DNA of 64,000 bases. Origin: Klebsormidium nitens (lineage: Eukaryota; Plantae; Klebsormidiophyceae). The stretch lies in contig DF237092.1 of NCBI GenBank assembly GCA_000708835.1, positions 85,365 through 149,364 on the forward strand, in the 5' to 3' direction. Both the position numbers and the translations under genes were made by a program. Below are positions 62,501-64,000 of the stretch, one piece after another. How positions within the stretch are numbered: position 1 is the stretch's first letter; each line of letters begins with the position of its first letter. The notes under the pieces were generated by a model. It saw only the letters and a list, made by a program, of their open reading frames with translations, was not told the origin of the DNA and did not search any database.

Positions 62501-62564
62501 TGTCGGGGACGAGGCTGCTGCGGAGGGCGAGGCCGCCGAGCCTCAAGAAGTCGTCGGTGCATAA
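56514..62564 (+). CDS. RPS3A: 40S ribosomal protein S3a (eS1), 266 aa
   Basis: Exons 56514-56524, 56887-56934, 57876-57981, 58427-58564, 59320-59505, 61264-61464, 62454-62564 (TAA), total 801 nt. Translation [35 protein letters not shown]...[22 protein letters not shown]...[15 protein letters not shown]. Confidence 0.97.
61061..61740 (+). repeat. Degenerate duplicates of both edges of RPS3a exon 6 in the flanking introns
   Basis: Acceptor echoes tttgcacag|atccgcaagaagaggtggag (61062) and cgcag|attcgcaag..aaatcatcacgcgaga (61161). Donor echoes ctcaagtcgcccaagttcgacctgggcaagctcatggag|gtgagg (61555-61599) and tcaagtcgccaggttcgacccgggcaagctcatgcag|gtgagg (~61693-61735). Confidence 0.9.
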
Positions 62565-64000
62565 GTGCAAACAACCGTTGTTTGTCAAGAATTTTGGCAC
62601 CTTTTCTGCTGACTTTGTGTACTCTCATGTGTGGTGCATCCATTCAATCCAATGCGCGCTGCATGCCGACGCGCATGACGGCGACTCTGCGTGCTTGACT
62701 GGGGCATTATACGCCATGCCAGACGCCTTGCTGGAATGGAGATGTCATGCCGCCTGAGTCTGGTTCGGGCCACATGTGATGGTGGGAATCTGCAGGTCAT
62801 TATGACCTTTACGTGAAGTGTCTACGTAGCTTGGTGCGACTTACTTATAGCCTGTCCCAGGACTCCGGGATGTATCTGCATACACCGAATTAGAAGGATT
62901 CATTTGCGTACATAGATACTAACAGAGCCATACTGAGTAACTACGTGTCAGTTAAGTTCTGGCATGTGAATGTGATCGGATAGTGTGACTGAGCTTGCTG
63001 GGGCAGCCCGGCCTATAGCCATTCGTGACCTTCACTAGTGACGATGCGCATGCATCACATGCGCTATAGCAGGGCATTCCAATGCGGCATCGTACTGAGG
63101 TACTAGTGATGTTCGACTAGCCCATGGGGCCATCCCCGCAGTGCAGCTCCGCCTTGCAGTGCCAATGATTGGGCACCGGTTGGCGGTACCGTCGATCTGC
63201 ATAAATGTTCCGACAACAAAGGTGCAGGCCGCGCAGCGGCTAACATTGAAAGTAACATATATATACACAATATAGCATTCGCATGATATTAATTAAGGCC
63301 CGTGCGACATGCTGGCAATATCTTGCGACAACCGTCTCAAGGCTGACTCACCAAAACGTATCTCGAACGTACCTCAGCACTATGTGCTAACTTGAGTGAA
63401 GATCGCTGAATTGACCGACTCAGACGAGGCTTTATTCTGAGCCCTTGACAGCTTAAAATGCCCATTCAGCACGCAGTGACGCGGTGGCTTATAGCATGCG
63501 CTCTCGACGTCACACACTACGTCATGGCATCGACCGTGTTGGAACCACTCTATTCCTCATTTCCATTGAATTGAACGCTGGAGAACGTATCTTGCCCGGC
63601 AAGCTACTCAAGGCGGGCAGCTGGTCACCCAGCGTTCAAGTTCGATAGACAATAGTCGGCAGATTTGGTTTGCAATGAATCTGTAATCTGTATGGCCTCC
63701 CAGCCGGCACCGACAAAACCTGCCATTCCTCAGCGGGGTCCACGTGCAAAGCTGTCAAACTTGTCTTTGATGATATCTCCTTGCTCGAAAAGTACATGCC
63801 AAGCTATGGTTGGATTCGTGAAGTATAAGACACCCGCTTTTTCCATACGGGAGCCCCTTGATAGGGGCCATCGTCAACCATGGTCTTAGTCGCCGTCGTG
63901 TTCCCTTGTGGAATTGAGAGCTTGCTGTAACCATGGAAGCTCCGAAACTGGTGTGTCCAAGCCAAATACAAGTGAACCTGCAAGACCGCAGATGAACAGA

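Noticed and set aside
63600-63900. Possible minus-strand exon (LTALHVDPAEEWQVLSVPAGRPY...)
   Set aside because: No recognisable homology or clear splice context within the window, so it cannot be supported.

Overview
Eukaryotic, intron-rich DNA from a photosynthetic organism. The GC-rich exons, GT-AG introns and thylakoid cyclophilin suggest a streptophyte alga such as Klebsormidium (inference). Three spliced genes could be reconstructed with consistent exon phases. (1) The 3' part of a plus-strand Trp-rich beta-propeller-like gene (9 exons, 7532-24568, including an 11.3-kb intron). (2) A minus-strand CYP37-type thylakoid cyclophilin (9 exons, 56011-49503). (3) A plus-strand ribosomal protein RPS3a/eS1 (7 exons, 56514-62564), head-to-head with CYP37. 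A frameshifted multi-TM membrane-protein pseudogene lies in a compositionally distinct, hairpin-rich block at about 45.7-49.1 kb. The most striking unexplained signal is that the non-coding DNA from about 0.5 to 45.6 kb is densely populated by a strand-polarised family of mostly ~55-85-nt stem-loops. Each has a variable but self-complementary terminal stem, a box-C-like (R)TGA(T/C/A/G) motif, an internal hairpin and a box-D-like (C/T)TGA/CAGA/CCGA motif, i.e. a kink-turn/C-D-box/SECIS-core-like architecture with apparent covariation. Copies occur singly, inside multi-kb duplications and as a 120-147-bp tandem array. A second pattern is degenerate tandem 'echoes' of exon edges, including the splice sites, in adjacent introns of all three genes. 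All structures were found by eye and need computational confirmation.
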